Positions 22,470-34,769 of a stretch of 64,000 nucleotides of DNA are shown piece by piece. The stretch is from Albugo candida. Lineage: Eukaryota. The notes beneath the pieces are model-generated. The model was given only the letters and a program-made list of their open reading frames with translations, had not been told where the DNA came from and did not search any database. Within the stretch, counting starts at the first letter, position 1, and each line of letters begins with the position of its first letter. A program made the translations under genes and the position numbers. The stretch spans positions 124,001-188,000 of the forward strand of contig JBDOQK010000004.1 of the NCBI GenBank assembly GCA_040437565.1, given 5' to 3'.

Positions 22470-25399
22470 GGAAACCTGCACCCTAGTCCCTAGTTGTCTT
22501 GCCTACCATCCGTTCTTGAGGTCTTGCTTGCCAACCGCTCCTCATGCTTTAGCTATTTTTCATTTATGAAATCATGCTTATTTTAAGGCTTAATTATTGC
22601 TGCATCAATTCTCACTGATCACGCAACCCTACCCATCCTGCCAGGAAACTCCTGATACCATCATAGAAAAAATCAAATGATTGTAGAGAGTGAAAGCGTA
22701 CCTCATGTTCAACATGTCCATCTTCAACACTCCTGCTCGCAGTCGCATCGCATTCATACCAACTAGTGCAAACCCAATAGCGACCGCAGCGTTTCGAGCT
22801 TGTGCTGGTTAGTCACCTTGGTAAACAGGTCAGCAAGCATGAGCTCGGAGCGAAAGTAGCACGGTTCCACTATGCCGCGACGGGCAAATTCCTTCACAAA
22901 CTTGAGGCACACATCGATATGTTTTACTCTTATGGACGAAGCTTCACCCTCAATCTGGTGGATAGCCGGTTGATTATCCAAATGAATCTTCATGGGCAGA
23001 GATGGTGCAAGTCTCACTTCCATCAGCATTTACCTTATCCCAAGGAGCTCACGCGCCGTTTTGGACGCTGCCACAAGCTCGGCCTTCATCGTCGAAATCG
23101 AAATTCCTCCTTGCTTTTCGCCGACCAGCTCACGGGCATTCCATTTAATAACACCATCGCTCCAATTAGGGACTTCCTGTCACCCTTTTCCGCTGTGAAG
23201 GCTGCGTCGCTGTATGACTCTAGCGTAAGAGCATCTTCACCATCAGTATCGGTACGCATCTTGAGACTTTTATTCTTGCTTCCCGAAAGGTACCTTGCAG
23301 TTCTCTTGGCCAATATCCAGTCCTACTCCCGCAGTTGATGAGTTTGATGCGTTGCATTGTGCAACGCAAACATGATGTCTGGGGGAATGGACCGCGAGAC
23401 CCACAACAACGTTCCAATGAGGGACTAAAACGACCGGATTGACGGGTTTCCAGGGTCTGCGTCCTTCAAAAGCAGGATAATTTCCGGTCTGGCTATGTCA
23501 TAGTACCTCTCCCCGATCGATGTACGCGTTGGATTATCCGACGCCAAACCGTGTTCCCGGAGCAACTCTTGTATTGCCTCCTCCTGACCCAGAGCATAAA
23601 AGGGCGCATCAAGCGCCTTAACTCGAATTCCTAGAAATATGGAAACCTCTCCCAGGTTTATAATTCAAAGCGATCCATCACTGTATAAACCCAATCGACC
23701 GATGTAGACTTTGTCTTCGTGACTAGGAGATCGTCGACGTACACACCAACTACTCATATCATCACCGTCGCGCTTGTATTACAGGCACAAAACCACTGAT
23801 GCACTGTTTAAATCCTGACTCTTTGAGTCTCGTACGCAACAGATGGCTCCATAGTCTTCCTGCCTGTTCAATCCATACAAGCTTTGCTTCAACTCGAGTG
23901 CGACTTCCCTTGCACTGGACACTACAACGTCATTGATTTTTTCATCCTTGATCTTCATGCATCTTGGTATGTGCAGAAATATCTTCAGATGCTCCTCCTT
24001 GTTAGCCTTTACATTGGCATTTAAAATGTCGCCATGTTTTGCAGGTACACCCCATGTCGCCGCAAGTCCCAGGATCACTTTCATCGTCGACATGTCCATA
24101 ACGGCATCGAAGCTCGATGAGTAGTCAGCACCGAAGACTTATTCATTCCCGCATGCAACTAGTCGTTCCTTGAGACGGCCCACTTCATCGTTTTCGTCTG
24201 TCTTGGTCTTATACACCCACTTACTGTGCAAGCATTTCTTACAGAGGCTGGTCGCTTGATCACGTATCAAATTTCGTTGGACTCATCTCCTCAGCATGCG
24301 TCTTCGGGTCAGGCTCGTATACTTGTTAGCACGGAGGCTACATCGATCTTCGTGGACATTCCTTCTTGCTTCGGCTGCTTAGTTGACCCACGTGTGGAAT
24401 AGGGGTCACGCATCCACTTCTTGAGCTTGCCCTTTCCCCTTTTTTTGTTTGCACCATCACCAATGTCTTCATGAGGGATATGTAAGTCTGCTTGAGAGTT
24501 TTCATTTTGGTATTCTCGCTGCACACTAAGTTCTAGTTGCTCGTTCTGGAAATCCGAAAGCGTTTGAATATTCGTGACTTGTTGCGTCACAATGAGACGT
24601 TGTCCTTGATTATATATACTCGATAGCCCTTGGTCTCGTGGCTGCGCGCGACGATGATGCCAACCTGGGCTCGATTTGTGAGTGAATTCTTCTTCGGGTT
24701 GCGGTATACGGTACATATGGAGCCAAATTCAACGATACCGCGTAGGACTGAAACTTGCTGTGTCAGCACCTCGTTTTGAGATGCACGCTTGTGATTCGAT
24801 TTGTAGGACCACAATTCAATATGTACGCCGAGTACTCAACCGCGTCACCCCGAAAGACAGCGGGAGGTCGCTTCCGAATATCATCGAGCGCGCCATATTT
24901 AATACCGTCCAGTGCAAGCGCTCTGCTTTGCCACTGGACGCTAGATTTCGCGCCTCGCTGACCTGTCCCGACACGCCGGCTGCTTTGCATAGTAAGTTCA
25001 CTTTCTGATACTCATCACCACCATCGTTTTGAAGCACATGCACCCGTCAATTAAAACGTTTTTCGAAGAATGCCAAGAACTCCTTGAGCTTCCTTGCCGC
25101 TTGGTTCTTGGTACGCGCGAGGAAAACGAGACAGTACTTACTCTTGTGATCAACAAAATTGACATTTCCAATTCGGTCCTTTGGTGTCATCGGTCCAGTT
25201 AGGTCCAAGCAAGTCACACCACTAATGCGATCAATAGGGATTTAATCCCGGTGTCTTCTCTGTGCTGCACGTGTTTGGTCTGTTTTGCTTGCGCACACGT
25301 GAAACATGTTTTTCGTTGATGAAGTCTTATCTTGGATCCAGGCTCGCGCGCCATTAGTTTAATTGTGTCATAGGAGAGGTGTTCAGGCGTTGATGAAAG

Positions 25400-28300
25400 T
25401 ATAAGAATATAATCGTCATACCGACGAAGCATATGGAAGAAAGAGCTGGGTTGATCGACCACTCTCTGAACGCATAAAGTGATGAAGGGATGGCTATGTT
25501 AGTGTTGAAGCGATAAGCCGAAGAAATATACACTTCCTTTTTTACCTTTTATTCAACTCGCAGTACGCTCCCATAATAAACGTTAATGCGTCCAATCGGA
25601 CGAACTGCTGCCACGGACCAGTGCAGCGAGCAGACGAATGTAGCCACCGGTCGCGAAAGGGATGGTGAGCCACTGGAAGAGAAGAGAGAGGTCAATAATG
25701 ATGAAAATACGAAGGGAACTGAGGAGAAGCTGCTGGATCTAATTACAGGCCTCGGAGAGCGCATGGAGCGNNNNNNNNNNNNNNNNNNNNNNNNNNNNNN
25801 NNNNNNNNNNNNNNNNNNNNNNNNNNNNNNNNNNNNNNNNNNNNNNNNNNNNNNNNNNNNNNNNNNNNNNGCATCCAGCACATCCGCCAGTTGAGCAAAT
25901 TGGGCTTGTGCCTGACGCGAGGCAAAGAAATCTTGGAGTACACCCATTCGATGGAAAGGAACTATACGTAGGATTGGGTAGTGGGTTCCTGTAATGGGGA
26001 AGCAATTCGTGAGGCAAGTGCAGTTTGCGAAGCGTGTATGTGTTGTTCAGCGGCAAGAGGATGTGAAGGTCAATGTAGCCGGGCATCATTTGAAGGGCAT
26101 GGCCGAGAGGTACTACAATCAGCAAGTGGAAGGCTGGTGGGAGTAGGAGAAGACGCTCGAGCATGCGATGTAGTGGGTGCTCCACACGTTCAACACTATG
26201 ATTACTCCTGTCCAGAATATGAAGACTGTAGCAGAGAACGTCAAGAAAAACTACATGCAGCGCTACCTATACCTGGCCGCTGTCAGCGAGGCGTGTGGAG
26301 ATGCCCATAACCTCCTTCTGGACAATTTTGTGCACTACGCAGACCCGGAAATGCGAGTGACGATGCTTTCACGGCTAAATTTAGCTCGTGCTGACTACTT
26401 GAGGCAGGCTGAAGAGCTAGCGCACTTAGCTCAGTCAACCGAGATTGATTGATTTGAAAGGAAACCAATTCGGGAATGACTTGGTCAACGTGGTACATCC
26501 CGAAAGAAAAGACCCAAGAAAATGTTTCAAGTGCGGAAGGATTGGTCATGTGAAAGCAGGATTCCTAGAAAGAAAGGGAGTTCGATCAAAACGATCAGAA
26601 GCCGACTTTGTGCTAGCAGTGAAGGATAGAACGTTTGGTCAAGGATACTGGATACTAGACAGCGGATCAAGTTGTCACCAGATGAATGATTTAAGACTCT
26701 TGGATAATTTCGAAGACTACACTATCGAGTGCGTGTCTTCAGACGGAGGAGCTCTACGGATCACGAAACGTGAAACGGCCATTTTAAAGACGTCAGTGAT
26801 GCGAAAAGTGACAAGGGTGAAACTTTCAAACGTACAATATGCTGAGAGTTTTGAGCGAGACATCATTTCGTAGGGTTTATTAGAGGCAAAAAGATATGGC
26901 ATATCGTATAGCGATAACAAACATGTGGTCGCCGGAATAAATGGTGGACCGGTCATCTTCAACTTGGAAACGATGATCAATATCCTGATTGTTCGTGTAC
27001 AAGATTACAAGAATTATTTGAGTGTTCCGGTGATGTTCTGATGTCGGTGCTGACTCAGAACGAATTTGAAGTTGCTCAGGACTTACAAAAAGGATCCCTC
27101 ATGCATTTGCATCGGCGCTTTGGTCACCTACATTATCATACGATCATCAGTATGGCGAAGGACCCAGCGTCTAATATTCTGCTAACAGACGAGTTGCGTT
27201 TGAACTGTCTTGCCCGTGAGCAAGAAAAATAGATGAGAAACAAGAAATCAAAACGAAATACGGGCGAAAATTCACCTGTAGACGTGGATGAAGGAGTCAA
27301 ATGCTCGGATTTTAAAGGACCCATTTCTCCACGAGATCGACTGAGGAATTGTTATATGGTGAACTTTATCGATCATCGCACGAATTACTGCAGTGTTAAC
27401 ATAGCCAAGACTAAGGACGTCGCGGCTTAGCAACTGAAGCGTTTTATGGCTTTTTTTAGCCTCAGTTCAACTGTCGGATTCACGTGCTGAGGACCGATGG
27501 GAGAGGTTTATACCGGACGCTGGATTTATTTCGCAAGGAAAAAGCAATCGCACGACAAGTTAGCGAGTCACGCAATCAGGCAAGCAATGGTAAGAAGAAA
27601 AGATGCACCGTCCCATTATGAATATGGTGCGCAGCATGGTGTATGCACGTGGACTTTCATTAAGCTACTGGGGATATGTCGCGGTGTACGAGGCCTACAT
27701 CTTAACCAGGAGCCCAAGCAAGACGAATGAAGGGGGGCGATGTCCGCTGGAAATGCTGACTGGGACTGTGCAAGATCTGAGTGATATTGTTGTGTTTGTA
27801 TCAACATGCACGGTGCATCGTGAAGCAAGAAACAGATCTCTGAGAGAGCGGGGAACGACTAACGTGATTGTTGAAAAAAGTGATGAAGTCAAGGGATACC
27901 GGGTTTCCATCCCTCGGGACAAAAGAGTGATGGTGACTCAGGACGCCAGAAACGGGGAAACGAAATCGTATGGAAAGCAACCAGGAGCGGTTTCGGACAA
28001 GAAACTGAATGGTCGCAGACATAACAGGTTGTGGACGCGTGATAGACACCGTATCAGATCAGTGGGACGCAAATTCGCTGCAGCAGCTGTGGTAAAGGAC
28101 ATTGACAAGGTCGAAGAAACGCAGGTCATGGTTAATAGTGTGCGAGAACCAGACCCTAAAAACTATGGAGAAGCAATCAAAAGTGAGCTCAAGGATAAAT
28201 GGCTGATAATGGAGTCTTGGTGGTGGAAGTGCCACCATACAAGAGTCACGTGTTAAGAACCAAGTGGGTCTAAAAGATCAAGACGGATGGCCATGGGGCC

Positions 28301-29952
28301 ATCGAACGTTCCAAGGCACGTTTGGTTGCTTGTGGCAACGAACAAGTATACGGAGTTGATCAAGGCCTGACATTTGCACCGATGATAGAACTAAGTACGG
28401 TGAAGGTGATTCTGGTGCTTGCGTTGCGTCGGGGTGTGGATGCTGGTCATGGAGACATTTCCAAAGCATACGTGAAGGCATATAAGAAGCAGCACCTAGA
28501 GATATTCTTGGCGATCCCGCAAGGCATCACAATCGACCAAAAAGGTGTTTAAGCAACTTGCTGTGGATTAAAAGTACAAGCTGGCATTAAGGCTTGATAA
28601 GTTACTGTATGGGTTGAAGTAAGCCGGTCGTTTGTGGAGCGAGCTGCTGCATGCAAAGCTAGCGGATACTGGTTTTATTCGCTGCGTGACCGACATGTGC
28701 TCTTATTTCAAGCAACAAGACAGCGACACGACAATTGTTGGCGTCTATGTTGACGACTTGGTGGTGACGGCGTCTAAGGCGATACTGGTGAGCGTTTTCT
28801 TCGATAAAATGGGAATTTTGTCAATCAAGGACCTGGGACCAGTTAGCAAATTCCTAGGGAGACGAGTGGCTATCAACGAAGGCATACATTTGCTAGATAA
28901 AGAAATCTGAGATCGTGCAATTACTTGACCAACACGGGCTGACGAACACGAACGGGGTACGCTCGCCGATTGAAGACGAGAACAACGACACGGAGGATAT
29001 TCCGGTTTTCTTAGCTGTTCAAGCGATCACTAGAACTGAGCCGACCTTACGCGATTTCCAGTCACTTATGGTAGTTGTGGCTTGCGCGCTGCAATAGGCC
29101 TTACATCAGCTTTGCAGTGCACAAAGCAACGCGACGTACTCATAGGCCCACAGTAATGACTAAAAACTGGCAAAAGGGTCGCACGATACCTGAAGAAAAC
29201 GAAGGGTATGAAGTTGGAGATAAGAATCAAAAGCAAGAACACGAAGGGTGTCTCAATTGCAAGTTGGAGCGACTCCGACTTTGCTGCCGATAAGACGGAC
29301 AGGAAGTTCGTCACTGCAGGAGTAATCACCCTGTGTGGAGCACGCAGTGCTCTTGGTTTGCAAGAAGCAAACAGGAGTATCCCTCTCAACCATGGAGGCC
29401 GAGTTCACGTCAGCCTCTCGCATGGGAAGTGAACTGCTGGGAATGAGGGAGCTACTACGAGAGATTGTAATTACGGTGATGTAGCTAATGTCGATGTTTA
29501 TGAACAACCAGGCAGTTATCCGGCAAGTGGAAAGGAAGACAGCATGTCTAGCGTGAAACATGTCGATGTGTGGCTGAAGTTTATCTGTGACATTGCAAAA
29601 GAGACATCCTGAGACCAGAGTATGTTGAGTCACGGCTAATGATAGCCGACACTTTGACTAAGGAGTTACCGGCACCAAGAATGACGGAGATAGGGGGGTC
29701 TACAGATTGAGGTAAATGACGAGTCGGTGACGGTAAGAAAGGAAAGAGCGTGAGATGACTGAGGAGGAGTATAAGGACATTATCGTCATAACGATGAAGC
29801 ATATGGAATAAAAAGCTGGGTCGACCGACCACTCTCTGGACGCATTAGGTAAATCTCGTATGGCTATGGTAGGGTTGAAGCGATAAGCCAATATAATATA
29901 CACTTTCTTTTTTACCTTCTACTCAGCTCGCAGTACGCACCCAAAAATAATA
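25400..29952 (+). mobile_element. Degenerate Ty1/Copia LTR retrotransposon (element B), nested in element A in the opposite orientation
   Basis: LTRs about 25400-25580 and 29770-29952. TSD GAAAG at 25395-25399 and 29953-29957. PPT GAGGAGGAG at 29761-29769. gag with zinc knuckle CFKCGRIGHVK, protease WILDSGSS, LHRRFGHL, integrase, RT VGVYVDDL, RNase H WSDSDFA. Removing it restores element A's GTLIHFHQRL. Confidence 0.9.
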
Positions 29953-30702
29953 GAAAGTGTATCAGGGTCCCCGCATGCACACCCACATTACCTTCCCGCT
30001 CCTTCGCTTCCTCGGTTGTGGTCATTACCTGGCCGGCCGCTTTTGCACCTGTTATCACGTCTTGGATCTTCAAAACTAGCACGTTGTTATGCATCGCCAC
30101 GTCGAATATAACGTCCGCGGTAGTGAGCAATATAAGCGATGGGCGAGCATCCTTGTATTCGAGCGCATACCTTTTTAGCTCAATTACGCCATAGGACACG
30201 ATATTGCGAGTCAGCATCAGTGCATAGTAGACTTCATTAAGCTGAGTTTTAGCTGGTCTTCCGCACGCCATCACGCAAAGAGCCACATTTCCGACCATTG
30301 TTAGCTGAAGCGGTTTTCCATCGGCGACCAAGCATTGGCCTTCACACTTGCGGGCATCTTCGAGTACTGCACTATTGCTCAGCAGGTGCCTTCTGGAACC
30401 GCTATACAGGATGCATGAATCGTCTTGGGTCTTGGTACCTTGTACACATATCGTGTAGTTGATAACATTCTTGGTTTTAATATTGTTACGCCAAGCCTCT
30501 TTGGCATCAATGTCTCTCTTCGATTTCTTCCTATATTTTTAAGGACACAGGGCTTGGACGTGACCAACCTTGCCACATCCATAACACGTGTGCGTATTAA
30601 CGCGTGGCTTATGTACGAAACATGGGACACTACGTCCTTACCAAACGAAGCAGCGCTTCGACTCCACAGACTCCGCTAAATTCGCAAGCTCTTCGGCTTG
30701 TA

Positions 30703-32051
30703 CAGTAGCCTACGAAAAGTATACGTTTTTTTCATATGACGGTTTAATTATCTCTTCAACCTTGACAAAGAATCAATTTTTGATGATCAAAGAGCCACAA
30801 TAATTCTAGAAAAAACGCTCAAGGCTGACAATAAAGTCTATTAGAAGCCGTTGCTACAGTATTTATATTCAGGAATTGCATTGTTTGTCGAAAATGTGCG
30901 TGCCATTTGGAAGGGTTCACCAGCTAGTTGCTCCAACTTGGCAGCAAGAACAGCAGCAATTCGCCTTGGTATTGAGCCTACTAGGTATCGAAGCATCTCG
31001 AGGGATACCTTACGGTATTCCTCACCAAGTGTGATAGCCATTTCTTCGACGTTTTTAGCCCGTCACGGTTCTGGGTGGCATCTTTAAGATTCTTCCGCAG
31101 GTTTTCGATGGGGTTGAAATCAGGACTTTGTGCAGGCCATTCTAGCTTTGCAAGCGACCTCTTATCACGCCATGTCTTTGCTACACTACGACGGTGTACT
31201 AGCGCACCATCCTCCATAAGAATTAGGCCTTTTTTTGTCATCCTGGTCGTCCATCCGTAGTCCAAGCGTAGCGTCATAGATCAGATTGACAAAATCGGTG
31301 GCAGTGCGATGCTGGGGTGGTATGATGAACATCTGTAGAATCCTCTCACCATCAAAAGCACCCCAGATCATCACCGAGGACCGTCCACTCCTAAATGCTG
31401 GCGCCAAACACTCAAAATTGAACTCTTCATCCACGCGACGCCACACAACAACCTGACGAGAATTCTTGCAAATCTCAAAGGTGGACTCGTCGGTCCAAAT
31501 GACATTCTTCCAGTGTTCTCTACTGTCCAATTTTTGTATTTCTTAGCAAACTCCAGTCTCTTGACCTTGTGTTAATCCGTCAAAAAAGGCTTCTTGGCGG
31601 CAATGCGGCTCTTGAAGCCCATTTCATGGAGGGCGCTACGGATTGTGCCTGGCGATGCAGGAGTATTCGCATTGTTCGCGATTTCTGCTAGTGGCGCCCG
31701 CCGGTTCTGCATCAAAGTGCACCCAATAGACCTGCGGTTCCTTTCTGAGAGCTTTGGTGGTCTTCCTCTTGACTTGGTACCCTTCACCATACCCCTTTGA
31801 CGACAGTTATGTAGCACTGTCGAAATGGTTGACTGGTTCAACCCTGTTCGGGCAGTGATTTCTCGCTGTTTCAAGCCTGCCTGATGCAATCCGACTGGTA
31901 GCTTTCCGATCAGTGCTTAAACAGCATGTCTTCATGTTTCACAAATGGTTTGATGTCGGAAACACAAAGTAACATGGCTGGATAGTCCGGTTATCTTATT
32001 TTTTGTGGTGTGGATTTTGGAAAAAAAATGTATACTTTTTGTAGGCTACTG
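30703..32051 (-). mobile_element. Tc1/mariner DNA transposon (degenerate DDE transposase) inserted in the gag of element A
   Basis: TIRs CAGTAGCCTAC(G/A)AAAAGTATAC of about 30 bp; TA on the left flank, CA on the right. Transposase fragments: HTH with GRPPKLS, KKPFL, VIWTDES, VMIWG, MEDGALVH, WPAQSPDFNPIENL. Confidence 0.92.
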
Positions 32052-33069
32052 CACAAGGTAAATCAACCCCGTTTTCGTCGTACTTGGCCATAAGCACCGT
32101 GTGAAGCTCACTTGATGCATTGTGCACAATGTTGTCCAGCACCTGCACGTCAGCGCCACCACATGCATCACTCACCGCCATCAAGCAGAGGTTATGCTCG
32201 GGCTAGCTCCTCTTGAAGTCCTTCTTTACCGTGAATAGTTTCATCGACGGCGAAGCAGTAATAGTAGTCTTGAACTCCTGGTGTAAGCGTTACATGACGT
32301 GCGCGAGAGTCGAAATTCGTCCCCACCAAGTCTCGACCTGCTTCTTGTAGTACTGCTCGGCGGTACCACTTTGATAGTGCCCGAGCAGGTCCGTTTTTAC
32401 GTCCTCGGACCAGTCGAAGTCACAGGCCGTTTGTGCGTACTGGATCTACATCATGAATGTGCTGCCCCAATGTAGGAAACCGGAGCCCAATCCTCGATAC
32501 AGCTTTAAGCCATCAATTTTCGAATCGTCAGTCTTCGTTGATGCTCATCCGGTACCCATATTGCATGTTGAGCGTCCGGCTCAATGCGACGCGCGTATTC
32601 TTGCGCTGCCGAATAATCGATGTTCGAATACGGAGTACGCACCGGTGATGCTGCTTGCGCTGCTCGCCATTCTGGCTGAACCGCGTCTCTTCTTGCACCA
32701 TGCTGTACCATGTTCGGGCGACCTTGTTCAACTTTTGGACGCACCAGTGAATGCCCGAGCGCATCGATGTGCATCGGTGCACCACTGGGACCTTGTCACC
32801 GCGCTGATCGGAACATCCCTGGCTCGATCGTGCCCGTAATCCTTCCGTCTTCATCGCTCTTCAGCAGCGAGACCTTCATCTGCGTCATTCGCGCTCGGAG
32901 GTCGACATGGACTGCGAGTATTCTGAGAGTGATGTCATCGCCAATTTCGTGCAGCGTCGTTTCACCTTGAACTACCGCAGGAGACCCCGTGGCGCTTTCG
33001 TGGCTGGCGTCAAAGCTGACTGGAGTTGGTGCGCTCGGGGCGCCATCAGAGCCAGTTGGGCTCATGACC

Positions 33070-33336
33070 TATTAGCGAACACGTAGGGTTGGCGGTGGTA
33101 AAATGAACACTGCTTGTTTTATTAAAATGTCAAACCTGCACCCTAGTCCCTAGTTGTCTTGCCTACCATCCGTTCTTGAGGTCTTGCTTGCCAACCGTTC
33201 CTCATGCTGCATCAACTCTCACTGATCACGCACCCCTGCCCATCCTGCCAGGAAACTCCTGATACCGTCATAGAAAAAATCAAATGACTGTAGATAGTGA
33301 AAGCGTACTTCATGTTCAACATGTCCATCTCCAACA
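33070..33336 (-). repeat. 5' LTR of Copia element A
   Basis: 33133-33336 matches 22473-22729 apart from an ~53-bp indel, and 33070-33132 matches 20649-20711. Adjacent to the PBS-like motif. Confidence 0.9.
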
Positions 33337-34033
33337 CATTTTCTATATCATCATCATCTGAGACTTTGATAGAGATTCTCGGACCTGAGGCATCTGCACC
33401 TCCCCACACATAGCTAAAAGATTCTATTATGAATTGTATGCTGAACTTGAGTCATGCCTTAATTATACTTTAATAGAAGATCTTATAGCGATCGATTCCT
33501 GAATTTCTATCGGGGATGCATGCCTGCAAGCTCTCCGCCTACAACTGTCCGCATCCAGGTATTGTTCCGAAAGAGTATCGAATGCATACTGCAGACATTT
33601 GGTGACAAAAACCGCTGTTAGAATACTCTTGTGCACTTAAGGTCCTACAGCTATACAGCCACGATTGGTCTCCATTTGTACGAAATTGTGTCATACGGTT
33701 TTTTACAGGTTCTTTCTCCAAAGAGTAAAGAGGGGTATGGGGTGCAAGCTGACTACCGAATCATCGAGCCAATGCTGCTGGCTTTGATGTCGTCGATGTG
33801 GTTCTTAAAACTCAAACATTTGAATTTTCATGCACCCACCAATTGCAAATCCATCCGAGTACTCTGTTGACACCCAACTGTCAAATATTAATCGCAGTAG
33901 CAGAATTACGACATTACTAGTACTCGTAAAGGTTTTGTTCTCAGCTATATCAGTGTACATCTGGTCCTCGATACAATGACACTGGAAATGAATTTTTTAT
34001 TCAATTATTTTTTATTTGCTTGCTAGTAAATTC

Positions 34034-34769
34034 CTAAAGTGAGTCTTCGGATAACATAAATTTATGCCATGTTAATTGTAAGACTGCACACACGAATAGC
34101 TGAATCAGACAAACCATAGTATTTATCACACAGGGAGCGATCAGATAAATATCGTCAATCAGAAAGCCGTAAAGAATCCATGTCGCATTATTAGCAAGTC
34201 CGACAACGGTCATTGCAATTGGTATTGAGGTGGTGTTCTTGGCTTTGACCGCTTTGACTACATTGATTAATGGCGACCCATATAAAAGTAAACCAGAAAC
34301 ATTGGCTATGTACCCGAAACATTTGACAAGGGTTTCTTGAGACAAAATGTATGATCCAGTGCAAGCAAATATAGTCAGACAGATATTCAATATAAAAGCA
34401 CACAAATTCGACAGCAGGACCCGAGTACGACAATGGGCATATTTCTGATATATGACAAGGTAGACAATGCTCATGGCGCTACCAAGAGCATAGGTAACCA
34501 GTAACGGAATCAAATTGTTTGACAGGTAGCCATATAGTGACCTACGCGCGTCACAAAACCAATCAGTACGGGAATTTGGCAATTGCAAAACGAAGGTCTT
34601 ACCAAACGTGACAGTTGATCCAGAGCGCAACAAGTGATAGTAAAAGGAGTGAATCCGTGGACCTCTCTTTTTGAATGTGTATCATATCCGGAATAGGACT
34701 GAGACACATGCAGAAAGCTAAGACGGAAGCCATAATTCGCACTACTAGCTCCAACCGACTATCCTTCAT
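34034..34769 (-). CDS. SWEET/MtN3-family sugar transporter; intron 34542-34602
   Basis: MKDSRLELVVRIMASVLAFCMCLSPIPDM...NCHVW|SLYGYL, and second MtN3 repeat LLYGSPLINVVKAVKAKNTTSIP...NNATWILYGFLIDDIYLIAP. Confidence 0.88.

Larger units (their letters stand above)
20649..33336 (-). mobile_element. Degenerate Ty1/Copia LTR retrotransposon (element A), host of nested insertions
   Basis: 5' LTR 33070-33336 (TGTTG start). 3' LTR 20649-22729, interrupted. TSD CATTT at 20644-20648 and 33337-33341. PBS-like GGTCATGAGCCC at 33058-33069. Fragments of gag, protease, GAG-pre-integrase, integrase (GKAERLHWTVLNMARSM), RT (HGDI.NA.V, LKQSLYGL) and RNase H (YSDAAF, KHIDV) in Copia order, with many stops and frameshifts. 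Confidence 0.9.
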
